This document shows positions 1-9,857 of a DNA stretch of 32,000 bases, piece by piece. Each line of letters begins with the position of its first letter. Positions within the stretch are counted from its first letter, which is position 1. The notes below the pieces were generated by a model, which was not told the origin of the DNA, did not search any database, and was given only the letters and a program-made list of their open reading frames with translations. Both the position numbers and the translations under genes were made by a program. Source of the DNA: Telmatocola sphagniphila (GTDB lineage: Bacteria; Planctomycetota; Planctomycetia; Gemmatales; Gemmataceae); NCBI RefSeq assembly GCF_018398935.1, contig NZ_CP074694.1:5610001-5642000 (forward strand), in the 5' to 3' direction.

Positions 1-381
1 GGGGGCGGGAACATGGGAGCCCCCGGCTGCGTCGGTTACCTCTTCGAACGCAAGGGCATTTTCGTCGTCGATGGGCGAACGATCGATGAAGACGGTCTGA
101 TGAGCCTCATTCTGGATGCCGGGGCGGACGACTTGACCCGGTTAGGTGACACCTTTGAAATCACCTGCGATGTGACCATCTTCATGGCCGTTTCCGCGGC
201 TTTGGCCAAGGCGAACCTGACTCCCATTTCCGCCGATGTGGCCATGCTCCCCAAAACGCAGGTCGAAGTCGATCTTGAGACGGGTAAGAAGCTGGTGAAA
301 TTGCTCGATGCCCTGGACGATCACGAGGATGTTCAGAACGTCTATAGCAATGCCAAGCTGACGGCGGAGATGAGCGAGTAA
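1..381 (+). CDS. YebC/PmpR (TACO1) family transcriptional regulator, C-terminal part; the 5' end lies outside the window
   Basis: Frame 1 is open from base 1. The translation ...GAPGCVGYLFERKGIF...LDALDDHEDVQNVYSNAKL resembles the conserved C-terminal domains of YebC-family proteins. Stop at 379-381. Confidence 0.8.
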   Translation, partial: GGGNMGAPGCVGYLFERKGIFVVDGRTIDEDGLMSLILDAGADDLTRLGDTFEITCDVTIFMAVSAALAKANLTPISADVAMLPKTQVEVDLETGKKLVKLLDALDDHEDVQNVYSNAKLTAEMSE

Positions 382-384
382 GGC

Positions 385-723
385 TCATTCGAACCGAAGC
401 GTGATGCCGTTGATCAGCAGCAGGTACCAAACGACTTTACAGACAATGTGCAGCAATTGGTCGATATGAATGTTCGTCCAGCCTTCGCACTTTAGATAGT
501 CCAGAATCCAGTGGCAGACCGTTTCGAGGATTCCCAGCCCGGCGGATTGGGTGATCCAGCCGACAAATCCGCCGTGGATCAGGGCGTGAGCGGTCAACCA
601 GTAGTACCAGGGAACCACTTTTTGCAGGTCGCTGGAACTGCGGCGACATTTTTCGATGGCCATGGGTCCATTCTGAAGGGGATAGTCGGCCAGGGCGTGC
701 CCGACAATCAGAAAGAACAGCAT
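385..723 (-). CDS. small integral membrane protein, DUF3307-like
   Basis: 112-aa ORF with 3-4 hydrophobic helices. The N-terminal motif GHALADYPLQ resembles the H-x3-D-x3-Q signature I recall for DUF3307. The alternative ORFs overlapping it have low-complexity Arg/Pro-rich translations. Confidence 0.5.
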   Translation of the reverse strand: MLFFLIVGHALADYPLQNGPMAIEKCRRSSSDLQKVVPWYYWLTAHALIHGGFVGWITQSAGLGILETVCHWILDYLKCEGWTNIHIDQLLHIVCKVVWYLLLINGITLRFE

Positions 724-887
724 AAACCCGGCCCCTTCCCGTTGATTGAAAGATGTTGGGCATTGTATCCAAGGAGACCGCCGCCCGGGTAGCGGATTCC
801 GACTTCTTTTCGACTAACTGCTTGACTCATTCCGATCAGTCGTTTCTAGTGGTATTTCAATCTTTTGCTGTAAGGGTGAGCACGCTC

Positions 888-2780
888 ATGTCCTCCGAAC
901 CACGATATTCCGACAACTTCGCCGAATGGTTGGAGACCGATGGTCTGGGCGGATTTGCTTCCGGAACCGTTAACGGTATTCGCACCCGCCGCTATCACGC
1001 ACTGTTGTTGACGGCTCTCACTCCGCCGACTGACCGCGTGGTCCTCGTCAACGGTTTCGAAGCCTGGGTGGAAACGCCCGGCGGGAGCTATCCGATAAGC
1101 TCCCAGCTGTACGGTCCGGAAATTGTTCATCCGACCGGGCGAAACCGGATACACTCTTTCGAGTCGGAGCCCTGGCCGCGCTGGGTCTATTTGTTGGAAG
1201 ACGGCACCCAGATCGAGCAGGAAATTTTTGTCGTCCGGGGATCGGCGACGACCGTTCTGCGCTGGCGACTGCTGGAAGGTTCGAAAGCCACCTTGTTCTT
1301 CCGGCCCTTGATCTCCGGTCGCGATTTTCACAACCTGCATCGTGAAAACCCCAACTTCAATTTCGAGGCACTGACCGAAACGGCGCGGGTGAGCTGGCAA
1401 CCTTACGAATCTCTGCCACGCATCTTTGCCTTGCACAATGGCGAATACGAACATCATCCCGACTGGTTCCGCAACTTCGTTTATGTGGCGGAGCGCGACC
1501 GGGGACTCGATAGTCAGGAGGATCTTGGCTCGCCGGGCACACTTCGCTGGGATATTTCCAAAAAATCGGCGAATTTGATTCTGACAACCGATTCTAAAGT
1601 GTCCCTGACCAAGGCCGTGTCGCTCCGGACTCGCGAAACCAAATACCGCACGGCTTTCGAATCCCCCTTGCATCGCTCGGCAGATCAGTTTCTGGTAAAG
1701 CGCGGCGAAGGTCAGACGATTATCGCCGGTTATCCCTGGTTCACCGATTGGGGCCGGGATACTTTTATTTCGATTCGCGGCTTAGGCCTGGCGACCGGAC
1801 GTTTTCAGGAAACCAAACAGATCCTGCTCGACTGGGCCGGGTTAATTTCCCAAGGAATGTTGCCCAACCGCTTCCTCGATCAACCGAATCAGGAGCCGGA
1901 ATACAATTCGGTCGATGCCTCCCTCTGGTACATCGTGGCGGTCGATGAGTTGCGGACGTCATGCAAAAAGAATTCGATTACCATTCCCAAGAAGGAACAG
2001 CAGAAATTCGAGGAGGCCATCCAGGCCATACTGACCGGTTACTCAAAGGGCACGCGATTCAATATCCGCGCCGATGACGACGGCCTGCTGGCGGCGGGTC
2101 AACCGGGCGCGCAACTAACCTGGATGGACGCCAAGGTCGGCGACTGGGTCATCACTCCGCGCATCGGCAAGCCGGTCGAAGTGCAGGCGCTCTGGTTGAA
2201 TGCACTGAAGATTGGTAGCAAGGAAGACAAGCAGTGGAAGGCGATGTTGAAAGTGGGCCAGACGTCATTTCGTGAGAGATTCTGGAATGAGGAACTGGGC
2301 TATCTCTACGATGTCGTCGATGTGGATCACGAAAAAGGGAAAGTCGATAGTTCTCTGCGACCCAACCAGATTTTCGCCGTCGGCGGCCTGCCGCTGATTC
2401 TTCTCGATAAGAAGGAAGCCGCCAAAGTGGTGCAGGCCGTGGAGGCTGACTTGTGGACGCCCGTGGGTTTGCGAACGCTGTCGCCACACGACACTCATTA
2501 TCGCGGCCACTATCGCGGTGGAGTGGCCGAGCGCGATGGGGCTTATCATCAGGGAACTGTCTGGCCCTGGCTGATGGGTGCCTTCGTGGAAGCCTGGTTG
2601 CGTGTCGGCGGCAAAAAGAAAGAGATCGATAAACGATTCCTGCAGCCGTTGAAAGATCTCACGCACTGCTACGGGCTGGGACATCTTGCGGAAATCGCCG
2701 ATGGCGATCCGCCCCATAAACTTAACGGCTGTCCCTTTCAGGCCTGGTCGCTCGGCGAATTGTTACGGATCGGAAAGTAG
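888..2780 (+). CDS. glycogen debranching enzyme / amylo-alpha-1,6-glucosidase family protein
   Basis: The N-terminus EWLETDGLGGFASGTVNGIRTRRYHALL is typical of the bacterial GDE N-terminal domain, and GYPWFTDWGRDTFISIRGL is typical of the GDE_C (alpha/alpha)6 catalytic domain. I prefer ATG 888 (MSSEPRYS...) over the tracked start at 753, because the 45-aa extension looks non-coding. Confidence 0.85.
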   Translation: MSSEPRYSDNFAEWLETDGLGGFASGTVNGIRTRRYHALLLTALTPPTDRVVLVNGFEAWVETPGGSYPISSQLYGPEIVHPTGRNRIHSFESEPWPRWVYLLEDGTQIEQEIFVVRGSATTVLRWRLLEGSKATLFFRPLISGRDFHNLHRENPNFNFEALTETARVSWQPYESLPRIFALHNGEYEHHPDWFRNFVYVAERDRGLDSQEDLGSPGTLRWDISKKSANLILTTDSKVSLTKAVSLRTRETKYRTAFESPLHRSADQFLVKRGEGQTIIAGYPWFTDWGRDTFISIRGLGLATGRFQETKQILLDWAGLISQGMLPNRFLDQPNQEPEYNSVDASLWYIVAVDELRTSCKKNSITIPKKEQQKFEEAIQAILTGYSKGTRFNIRADDDGLLAAGQPGAQLTWMDAKVGDWVITPRIGKPVEVQALWLNALKIGSKEDKQWKAMLKVGQTSFRERFWNEELGYLYDVVDVDHEKGKVDSSLRPNQIFAVGGLPLILLDKKEAAKVVQAVEADLWTPVGLRTLSPHDTHYRGHYRGGVAERDGAYHQGTVWPWLMGAFVEAWLRVGGKKKEIDKRFLQPLKDLTHCYGLGHLAEIADGDPPHKLNGCPFQAWSLGELLRIGK

Positions 2781-2786
2781 GTCGGC

Positions 2787-5531
2787 GTGAGCATCGAAAA
2801 AGAACGCTTGGAAGAAGATCGACTCGGCAAAAAAGACTGGCGGTTCTTCGGCCCTTACCTGAGCGATCGCCAATGGGGAACGGTTCGCGAAGACTACAGT
2901 CCGCACGGCACCGCCTGGGATTACTTCCCGCACGATCATGCTCGCAGCCGCGCCTATCGCTGGGGCGAAGATGGCCTCGCCGGGTTCTCCGACGCCAAGG
3001 CCCGGCTGTGTCTTTCACTCGCCGTGTGGAATGAAAACGACCCGATTCTCAAAGAACGGCTGTTCGGACTGACGAACGAAGAGGGCAACCACGGCGAAGA
3101 TGTCAAAGAGCTTTACTACTTTCTGGATGCTTCGCCGACGCACTCCTATCTGAAGATGCTCTACAAGTATCCGCAGAAGGCGTACCCGTACGATCACATC
3201 GTTGCCGAGAATAAGAAGCGCACCCAGAAGCAGCCGGAGTACGAGGTTTACGACACCGGTTGCTTTGCGGAGAATCGCTACTTCGATGTTTTCGTCGAAT
3301 ATGCCAAGCAGGATACGAACGATATTTTGATGCGGGTGACCGTTTGTAACCGCGGGCCGGAAACGGCGAAAATCCATGTCCTGCCCCAACTCTGGTTTAG
3401 AAATACCTGGTCCTGGTTTTTGAATGCACTCAAGCCGACGGTTCGGGCCACCGGCCCGAATACCATTTCAGCCAACCACGTCGAACTGGGAAACTACTTC
3501 GGTTACTACGACGGCCAGCCGCAACTGCTCTTCTGCGAGAATGAAACCAATCCTCGTCGACTATTCGAGCTGGAACGATCTCCCGGATATTTCAAAGATG
3601 CCTTTCACGACTATCTGCTTCACGGGAGGAAAGACGCGGTAAATCCCAACCACGTCGGAACCAAAGTCGCCGCCCACTACTCGCTGTCGATTCCCCCAGG
3701 CGGGCAGGAAACGATCCGCCTTCGACTCGCGAACAAAGAACTCGGTAAGCCGTTCGATAAGTTCGAGGGCATTTTCGAAAAGAGAATTGCCGATACGAAC
3801 GAGTTCTACGGGGAGATCCAGAAAGATTTAAGCAGCGAGGATGCCCGGCTGGTTCAAAGGCAGGCTTTCGCCGGCCTGATCTGGAGCAAGCAGTACTTCG
3901 GATACGACGTCACCCGCTGGTTGAACGGCGATCCGGCTCAATTGCCGCCCCCGCCGGAACGCAAGCTCGGTCGCAATCGGGACTGGACCCATCTGCGAAA
4001 TTTCGACGTCATTTCCATGCCCGATAAATGGGAATATCCCTGGTACGCCGCCTGGGATCTGGCCTTTCACATGCTTCCTTTTGCGCTGCTCGATCCCGAG
4101 TTCGCCAAGCAACAGCTGTTGCTGTTCACTCTGGAACGGTACATGCACCCCAACGGGCAGCTGCCCGCCTACGAATGGGCATTTGGGGATGTGAATCCGC
4201 CGGTACATGCCTGGGCGGCGTGGCGAGTGTTCCAGATCGATCGCAAGAATCATGACGGCGCGGGGGATCTCGATTTTCTGGAGCGGATCTTCCACAAACT
4301 GATGCTGAATTTCACCTGGTGGGTGAATCGCAAGGATACCGAAGGGCGTAACGTTTTTCAGGGGGGCTTCCTCGGGCTGGATAACATCGGGGTGTTCGAC
4401 CGCAGTGCACCGTTGCCCACCGGCGGGTTCATCAATCAATCGGACGGCACGGCCTGGATGGCCATGTACTGCCTGAACATGATGCGCATCGCTCTCGAAC
4501 TGGCTTTGAATAATCCCGTCTACGAAGACATGGCCACGAAGTTCTTCGAGCATTTTCTGCAAATCGCCGATGCCATGACCAATCTGACCGGGCTGCGGAA
4601 AGATAGTCTCTGGGATGAGCAGGACGAATTTTATTACGACGAATTGAACCTGCCCGATAAGCGGATGATCAAGCTGCGGGTTCGCTCCATGGTCGGGCTG
4701 ATCCCGTTGTTCGCCGTGGAAACGCTCGAGCCGGGCATGCGGCAGAAATTGCCGCGATTCAATCAGCGTTTGCACGAATTCTTCGAAGCCCGCCCCGATC
4801 TGGCGTTTCTCATCTCCCGGTGGAATGAGCCGGGTATCGGCGACCGCGGACTGCTCTCGCTTTTGCGCGGCCATCGACTGAAGCGGATTTTGAAACGCAT
4901 GCTGGATGAAACCGAGTTTCTTTCCGACCACGGCATTCGAGCACTGAGCCGCTATCACAAAGATCATCCGTATACGTTTGAATGTCAGGGCACAGAACTG
5001 ACCGTGCAGTATCAGCCGGCCGAGTCGGAATCTGGGCTTTTCGGTGGCAACTCCAATTGGCGCGGCCCGGTCTGGTTTCCCGTGAATTACCTGATCGTGG
5101 AATCGCTGCAAAAATTCCACCATTACTACGGCGAAGATTTTCGAGTCGAATGTCCGACCGGTTCGGGCAAATTTTTGAGTCTCGAAGAAATTGCCCAGGA
5201 GATTGGGGATCGCCTTACCCGGCTATTCTTGCGGGATTCTGAAGGCCGTCGGCCCGTGTTCGGCGATAATCCGCAGTTCAATTCCGATCCTCAGTTTTGC
5301 AATTATCCACTCTTTTACGAGTACTTCGATGGCGACACCGGACGTGGTGTTGGGGCCGCGCATCAGACGGGCTGGACGGCCTTGGTGGCCAAGCTCTTGC
5401 AGCCGCGCCGTCGGGATACCGAGGGAGCCGAAAACGAATTGCATCAGGTCGAGACACCGGAAAATAAACCCAAGGCGAAGGACAAATCGACCAAGGGATC
5501 GAAGGCGAAAAAGTCGACGCGCGGCAAATAA
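2787..5531 (+). CDS. GH63-like / MGH1-like glycoside hydrolase (glucosidase) with a lysine-rich C-terminal tail
   Basis: 914-aa ORF with a GTG start 7 nt after the GDE stop, so probably the same operon. Motifs YPWYAAWDLAFH, YEWAFGDVNPPVHAWA and FQGGFLGLDNIGVFDRS match the six-hairpin glucosidase family that is usually annotated 'glucosidase' in Planctomycetes. Confidence 0.75.
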   Translation: MSIEKERLEEDRLGKKDWRFFGPYLSDRQWGTVREDYSPHGTAWDYFPHDHARSRAYRWGEDGLAGFSDAKARLCLSLAVWNENDPILKERLFGLTNEEGNHGEDVKELYYFLDASPTHSYLKMLYKYPQKAYPYDHIVAENKKRTQKQPEYEVYDTGCFAENRYFDVFVEYAKQDTNDILMRVTVCNRGPETAKIHVLPQLWFRNTWSWFLNALKPTVRATGPNTISANHVELGNYFGYYDGQPQLLFCENETNPRRLFELERSPGYFKDAFHDYLLHGRKDAVNPNHVGTKVAAHYSLSIPPGGQETIRLRLANKELGKPFDKFEGIFEKRIADTNEFYGEIQKDLSSEDARLVQRQAFAGLIWSKQYFGYDVTRWLNGDPAQLPPPPERKLGRNRDWTHLRNFDVISMPDKWEYPWYAAWDLAFHMLPFALLDPEFAKQQLLLFTLERYMHPNGQLPAYEWAFGDVNPPVHAWAAWRVFQIDRKNHDGAGDLDFLERIFHKLMLNFTWWVNRKDTEGRNVFQGGFLGLDNIGVFDRSAPLPTGGFINQSDGTAWMAMYCLNMMRIALELALNNPVYEDMATKFFEHFLQIADAMTNLTGLRKDSLWDEQDEFYYDELNLPDKRMIKLRVRSMVGLIPLFAVETLEPGMRQKLPRFNQRLHEFFEARPDLAFLISRWNEPGIGDRGLLSLLRGHRLKRILKRMLDETEFLSDHGIRALSRYHKDHPYTFECQGTELTVQYQPAESESGLFGGNSNWRGPVWFPVNYLIVESLQKFHHYYGEDFRVECPTGSGKFLSLEEIAQEIGDRLTRLFLRDSEGRRPVFGDNPQFNSDPQFCNYPLFYEYFDGDTGRGVGAAHQTGWTALVAKLLQPRRRDTEGAENELHQVETPENKPKAKDKSTKGSKAKKSTRGK

Positions 5532-5543
5532 AGAAGGGACCGA

Positions 5544-7052
5544 TCAACTGGCCGAGATGAGCACTTTGAGCAACTGTTCCAGACGAAACGGCTTGAAGAT
5601 GACATGTCTCAAACCATCCTGGCGGGCCTTCACTATGGTGTGCGAGGAGTCGTAGCCGAACGAAGCCATCAGGGCGATCTGTGCGGAAGGCAGGGCATCC
5701 TTGACCGTTCGAAAAGCCGCATAGCCTCCCATGTCTGAATGGCGAATATCCATCAGCACGCCTTCGTAGCTGCCGTTGTGAGCCAGGGCGATCCCCTCGG
5801 TGGCCGTTGCGGCGGTTTCAACCTGACAGCCGAGCCGTTCCAGCATCATGTGGGCCGATTTGCGAATCCGCTCGTCGCTGTCGATCACCAGCACATGCAT
5901 GCCGCGCAACCGTTTGCTGGATAAATTGGCTCGAGTGCCCGCGAAATTCTCGCCGACAATCTGGATCTTCTCTTTGATCGCCCGGGTGTCGGAGATAATT
6001 TTTCGCAGCGGCTCCAGCCATTCGGAATTCATCTCCTTGGCCTGATCCAGCAATTTACTGGCGATAGCCAGCAGTTCATCCGCCGGGAGCGCGATTTCGC
6101 GATTCACCGCTTCTATGGCCTGCGTTGCCGTACTGTTCTGCTGTGCGGAAAGAAGATTCAAAGTGTAAAGTGTCTGGGCCAGTTCACGGCTGAACAGTTC
6201 CGCGAATTGCAGATCTTCGGCACCGAAGGCGTTCACGCGCGGCGATTCGACGTTGAATGTGCCAATCACCTGATCCTGAAAAATAATCGGCACCGTCATC
6301 GAGGAGCGGGCGTTGGGTGAACCTTCGATGAAATAGGGATCGTTCGCGGTATCGAGACAGAGATAACTCATGCCAGTCGCCGCTACGTAACCGGTCACAC
6401 CGTTGCCTTCGATCTTGGCATAGAGTTCCCGTTTCGCGGCCTCCGAGGTCATGCCTTCTTCCAGGAGCGGGTTCAATCGCCCAGTGGTGCGATCCAGAAG
6501 GCGAATCTCGATCACATCGTAGTGCAATAGGTTGTGAATATCCCGCCGCACGTTTTGCTTCAGGAGATCGACCCGGCACTCGACGTTCATTTCCGAGAGC
6601 TGATCGGGGTCCAGAATCGCCAGTTCCTGCCCGGCCCGGTGCAGAGCATCCAGTTTCTGTTGCCGCAGCACCTCGGCCGTGACATCATCGCACAGAGCCA
6701 CCAGTTCGACGATCTTGTTGTCTTCGCGGACCGGCCAGATGGTGATATTCAGATAGTGCTTGCCCTGCAGCTGCACGCGAAATTGGATAGTGTCCCCGGC
6801 CAGGGCGGCTTCAAATGGAATCTGCTTTACAGGAATGGCTTCCAGTTCCCCCAGCGCTTCCATCAGGGGCTTACCTAGCGGAGAGCCGTTGCACCACTTC
6901 AGGAAGTGATCGTTGGTCCAGGTGATTTTCAGTCGCGTATCGAGTACGACGATTCCTTTAGCCAGCGCAGAAAGAATCTGATCGCCTCGTTGCAGAGGAT
7001 CCGCAAAAATGACTTCGAAGGGAACCGGGTGATTGTCACTCGATTGATGCAC
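5544..7052 (-). CDS. PAS-GAF-receiver protein (response regulator with N-terminal sensory domains and no recognisable output domain)
   Basis: GTG start. It has an N-terminal PAS-like segment (GIVVLDTRLKITWTNDHFLKWC). The central GAF-like segment is GVTGYVAATGMSYLCLDTANDPYF...VPIIFQDQVIGTFNVES. The C-terminal CheY-like REC is MHVLVIDSDERIR...VLMDIRHSDMGG...KPFRLEQLL. Confidence 0.8.
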   Translation of the reverse strand: MHQSSDNHPVPFEVIFADPLQRGDQILSALAKGIVVLDTRLKITWTNDHFLKWCNGSPLGKPLMEALGELEAIPVKQIPFEAALAGDTIQFRVQLQGKHYLNITIWPVREDNKIVELVALCDDVTAEVLRQQKLDALHRAGQELAILDPDQLSEMNVECRVDLLKQNVRRDIHNLLHYDVIEIRLLDRTTGRLNPLLEEGMTSEAAKRELYAKIEGNGVTGYVAATGMSYLCLDTANDPYFIEGSPNARSSMTVPIIFQDQVIGTFNVESPRVNAFGAEDLQFAELFSRELAQTLYTLNLLSAQQNSTATQAIEAVNREIALPADELLAIASKLLDQAKEMNSEWLEPLRKIISDTRAIKEKIQIVGENFAGTRANLSSKRLRGMHVLVIDSDERIRKSAHMMLERLGCQVETAATATEGIALAHNGSYEGVLMDIRHSDMGGYAAFRTVKDALPSAQIALMASFGYDSSHTIVKARQDGLRHVIFKPFRLEQLLKVLISAS

Positions 7053-7162
7053 AGGATGCTCACGCCAGATGACTACACTAAATTATAACCGGCTTGTGCG
7101 AAAATGCACGAACTGAAATACTGAAAGACCAACATCTTACCCCATACGAAAGTTACAGACCC

Positions 7163-8704
7163 ATGACCGACCAGCGGGCCTCCAGAGTAGTGTATTTCCA
7201 GAAATACATACCGAATTCGAGAGTGTCAATTGTGCTGAATTTATTAGTTGAGCGATTGCGCTTACAGCAAATTTACGCGATTATCGCTCTCTCCGGTTGG
7301 CTTCTGTCGGGATCGTCGATTTACGCTCAGAAAGAGGCGTTGAACGAATCGGTTGAGAACCGAGAAGAGGCTTCCTGGAAAATCGCCCGCCAAATTTGGG
7401 AATGGGCTGAACCGGGCTACCAGGAATCCAAATCCTCGACTTTGCTGGCCGACACTTTGGAAAAAGCCGGCTTCGAGGTCAAGCGCGGCGTTGCCAAGAT
7501 TCCGACCGCTTTCACTGCCACGATCGGCTCGGGCAAACCGGTGATCGCCGTCCTGGGCGAGTATGATGCCCTACCGGAACTTTCGCAGGACGATGTGCCT
7601 TTTCGGAAGCCCCGGCCCGGCAACATCTACGGCCATGCCTGCGGCCACAACCTCTTCGGCACCGCGTCTGTTTCGGCTTGTCTGGCGCTCGCGGAAGAAA
7701 TCAAAAAGGGAAACATTAAGGGGACACTTCGCTTTTACGGCTGCCCGGCCGAAGAAGGCGGCTCGGCCAAGGCGTTCATGGTCCGCGATGGCCTGTTTCA
7801 AGATTGCGATATCGCATTGCATTGGCATCCCGGTAGTAGGAATTTGGTGGGCGATGCCAGTTGCCTGTCTCGCGCGGCTGTCAAGTTTCGCTTTTACGGG
7901 ATTGCCTCGCATGCGGCCGCAGCTCCCGAAAAAGGCCGATCGGCTTTGGATGCCGCCGAGCTGTGTGCCCATGCCACGGAACTATTGCGCGAACATACTC
8001 CCGATTTCACTCGCATCCACCACACCATCACCCACGGTGGCGGCGGGGCTCCCAACGTAGTACCGGAATTCGCCGAGATGTTCTTCTACGTCCGCCATCC
8101 CGATTTTCGCGAAGTGCAGAAGCTGTACCCGCGACTCGTGAAATGTGCGGAAGCGGGAGCCCTCGCCACCGAAACGAAACTGGAAACTCTTTATCTGGGC
8201 GGCACTCTTGAGCTCATGCCCAATAACACTCTGGCCCAGGCCGTGAAGAAAAATCTGGTGCCGTTGAATCGAATTCACTATTCGCCGGAAGAAATGAAGT
8301 TCGCACTCCGAATTCAGGAAACCCTGTCCGAGAAAGCGGATCTGGATTTGGTGCGTCGGGTGGATGATGTTTCCGGTAGTGTCGGCAAAGGTTCCACCGA
8401 TGTAGGGGATGTTTCCTGGGTAGTGCCGACCAGCGGCTTCTACACAGCCTGCTTCGTACCGGGTACTTCCGCTCACTCCTGGCAGGCGACTGCGGCCACC
8501 GGATCCTCGTTAGGTAAACAGGGGATGCAACTGGCCGCGAAAACACTCGCGGCGACGGCCTGGGATCTTTACCACGATCCGAAATTGATTGAAACCGCCA
8601 AGGAAGAGTTCGTCCGCCGGCTCGACGGACGAAAGTATCAATCGCTGATACCCAAAGATTTGAATCCGCCGCTCAACTATCGGGATCCGCCGAAGACGAA
8701 ATAA
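7163..8704 (+). CDS. M20-family amidohydrolase, aminobenzoyl-glutamate utilisation protein B (AbgB)-like, probably secreted
   Basis: IWEWAEPGYQESKSSTLLADTLEKAGFEV...IPTAFTATIGSGKPVIAVLGEYDALPELSQ and HACGHNLFG match AbgB-type M20D peptidases. The tracked ORF starts at TTG 7094; ATG 7163 is my preferred start. A hydrophobic signal-like segment (IYAIIALSGWLLSGSSIYAQ) precedes the catalytic domain. Confidence 0.8.
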   Translation: MTDQRASRVVYFQKYIPNSRVSIVLNLLVERLRLQQIYAIIALSGWLLSGSSIYAQKEALNESVENREEASWKIARQIWEWAEPGYQESKSSTLLADTLEKAGFEVKRGVAKIPTAFTATIGSGKPVIAVLGEYDALPELSQDDVPFRKPRPGNIYGHACGHNLFGTASVSACLALAEEIKKGNIKGTLRFYGCPAEEGGSAKAFMVRDGLFQDCDIALHWHPGSRNLVGDASCLSRAAVKFRFYGIASHAAAAPEKGRSALDAAELCAHATELLREHTPDFTRIHHTITHGGGGAPNVVPEFAEMFFYVRHPDFREVQKLYPRLVKCAEAGALATETKLETLYLGGTLELMPNNTLAQAVKKNLVPLNRIHYSPEEMKFALRIQETLSEKADLDLVRRVDDVSGSVGKGSTDVGDVSWVVPTSGFYTACFVPGTSAHSWQATAATGSSLGKQGMQLAAKTLAATAWDLYHDPKLIETAKEEFVRRLDGRKYQSLIPKDLNPPLNYRDPPKTK

Positions 8705-8715
8705 CGACCCCAAAT

Positions 8716-8739
8716 GGGTCGAGGTCGGAACCTCGACCC
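8716..8739. terminator. GC-rich hairpin between the convergent amidohydrolase and aqpZ genes (candidate bidirectional terminator)
   Basis: GGGTCGAGGT-cgga-ACCTCGACCC is a perfect 10-bp stem in the 44-bp gap between the two stop codons. There is no clear U-tract on either side. Confidence 0.5.
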
Positions 8740-8748
8740 GTGAAATTA

Positions 8749-9486
8749 TCAATTCTTAGATTCGCTGGCGAAAAGGCGATGCACGATACCGGCGACAATC
8801 GCGCCTCCTATCGGAGCCGCCCAGAACAGCCAGAGCTGTTTGACCGGCCAATCGATACTGCCCTGAAACTTCATAATCAAAGCCGGGCCGGTGCTGCGGG
8901 CCGGGTTCACCGACAGGTTGGTAATCGGGATGCCGATCAAGTGAATCAGAGTCAGGCCGAGCCCGATAGCGATGGGAGCGAAACCGGCCGGAGCCTTGGC
9001 ATCCGTAGCTCCCAAAATGATCATCAGGAAGAAGAAGGTGAGCAACGCTTCGGCGACTGCGCACGGAATCATCGTGTAGCCGCCGGGGGAGTGTTCATCG
9101 AAGCCGTTGCAGGCGAAACCATTCTTGAGATCGAAACCGCTGTTGCCCGAACCGGAAGCAATGAAGTAAAGGAAACCGGCGCCGACAGCACCCCCCAATA
9201 CCTGGGCGAGGATGTAAGGAATCAGATCCTTAAAGGGCATACGGCCCGCGAACAATAAGCCGAACGATACCGCTGGGTTGAGATGGCAACCCGAGATGTG
9301 ACCGATGGCGTAGGCCATGGTCAATACAGTCAAACCAAATGCGAGTGCCACGCCGACAAAGCCGATTCCGAGTTGAACGCCATCTGGCGTGAGATACTTG
9401 GCGGCAAGGACGGCGCTGCCGCAGCCGCCAAATACCAGCCAGAAAGTTCCGAAGAACTCGGCCAGAAACTTCTTACTTAAATCCAT
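8749..9486 (-). CDS. aqpZ: aquaporin Z
   Basis: 245 aa with both NPA boxes (HLNPAVS, VNPARS) and the AqpZ-type N-terminus [25 protein letters not shown] purine-rich RBS (GGAAGGAAAC) lies upstream of the ATG. Confidence 0.95.
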   Translation of the reverse strand: MDLSKKFLAEFFGTFWLVFGGCGSAVLAAKYLTPDGVQLGIGFVGVALAFGLTVLTMAYAIGHISGCHLNPAVSFGLLFAGRMPFKDLIPYILAQVLGGAVGAGFLYFIASGSGNSGFDLKNGFACNGFDEHSPGGYTMIPCAVAEALLTFFFLMIILGATDAKAPAGFAPIAIGLGLTLIHLIGIPITNLSVNPARSTGPALIMKFQGSIDWPVKQLWLFWAAPIGGAIVAGIVHRLFASESKN

Positions 9487-9585
9487 ACTGTTTCCTTCCG
9501 GGTGTGAAGAATGGTGAAGATAACACGCTGTTCAGGTTACCTCGATTGTCCGTAATTAATCTGATACGTCAAGAGGCTGTCGGAG

Positions 9586-9598
9586 TGTCAATTTGACA
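9586..9598. promoter_or_regulatory. palindrome TGTCAA-T-TTGACA in the aqpZ/hsp20 divergent intergenic region (candidate operator)
   Basis: Perfect 6-bp arms around a single central base, 100 bp from the aqpZ start. A further TTGACA lies at about 9645. No binding factor can be assigned. Confidence 0.25.
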
Positions 9599-9857
9599 GG
9601 AAGCCGGGTGGCCAAAATTCCTACTTAGTTGAAGTTGCAAGTTATTGACAGGTAATGAGTTACGGCTATTGTTCATGGAAATCTGAGCGTTTGGCGCGCC
9701 ACTTGCTTTGTCCAAACTCGACAAGTTATCCCGAAGGTGGCTAGCATCTTCGGGTCAAAAAACACAGACGAGCGCGGTGGAATCGCCAGCGTGATCCAGA
9801 GGTCATTTATCTGAGATCGGCCCCGATTCCGCGCGTTCCCAAACAGGAGTTAGGACA

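Noticed and set aside
753-887. 5' extensions of tracked ORFs: 753 for the debranching enzyme, 7094 (TTG) for the amidohydrolase, 16639 for the lipoprotein, 29289 for the sulfatase and 12155 (TTG) for DUF1501.
   Set aside because: The extensions lack family similarity and would bury the signal peptides or conserved N-termini. Internal ATGs give canonical N-termini (a lipobox, a Tat motif, a signal peptide, or the family-conserved start).
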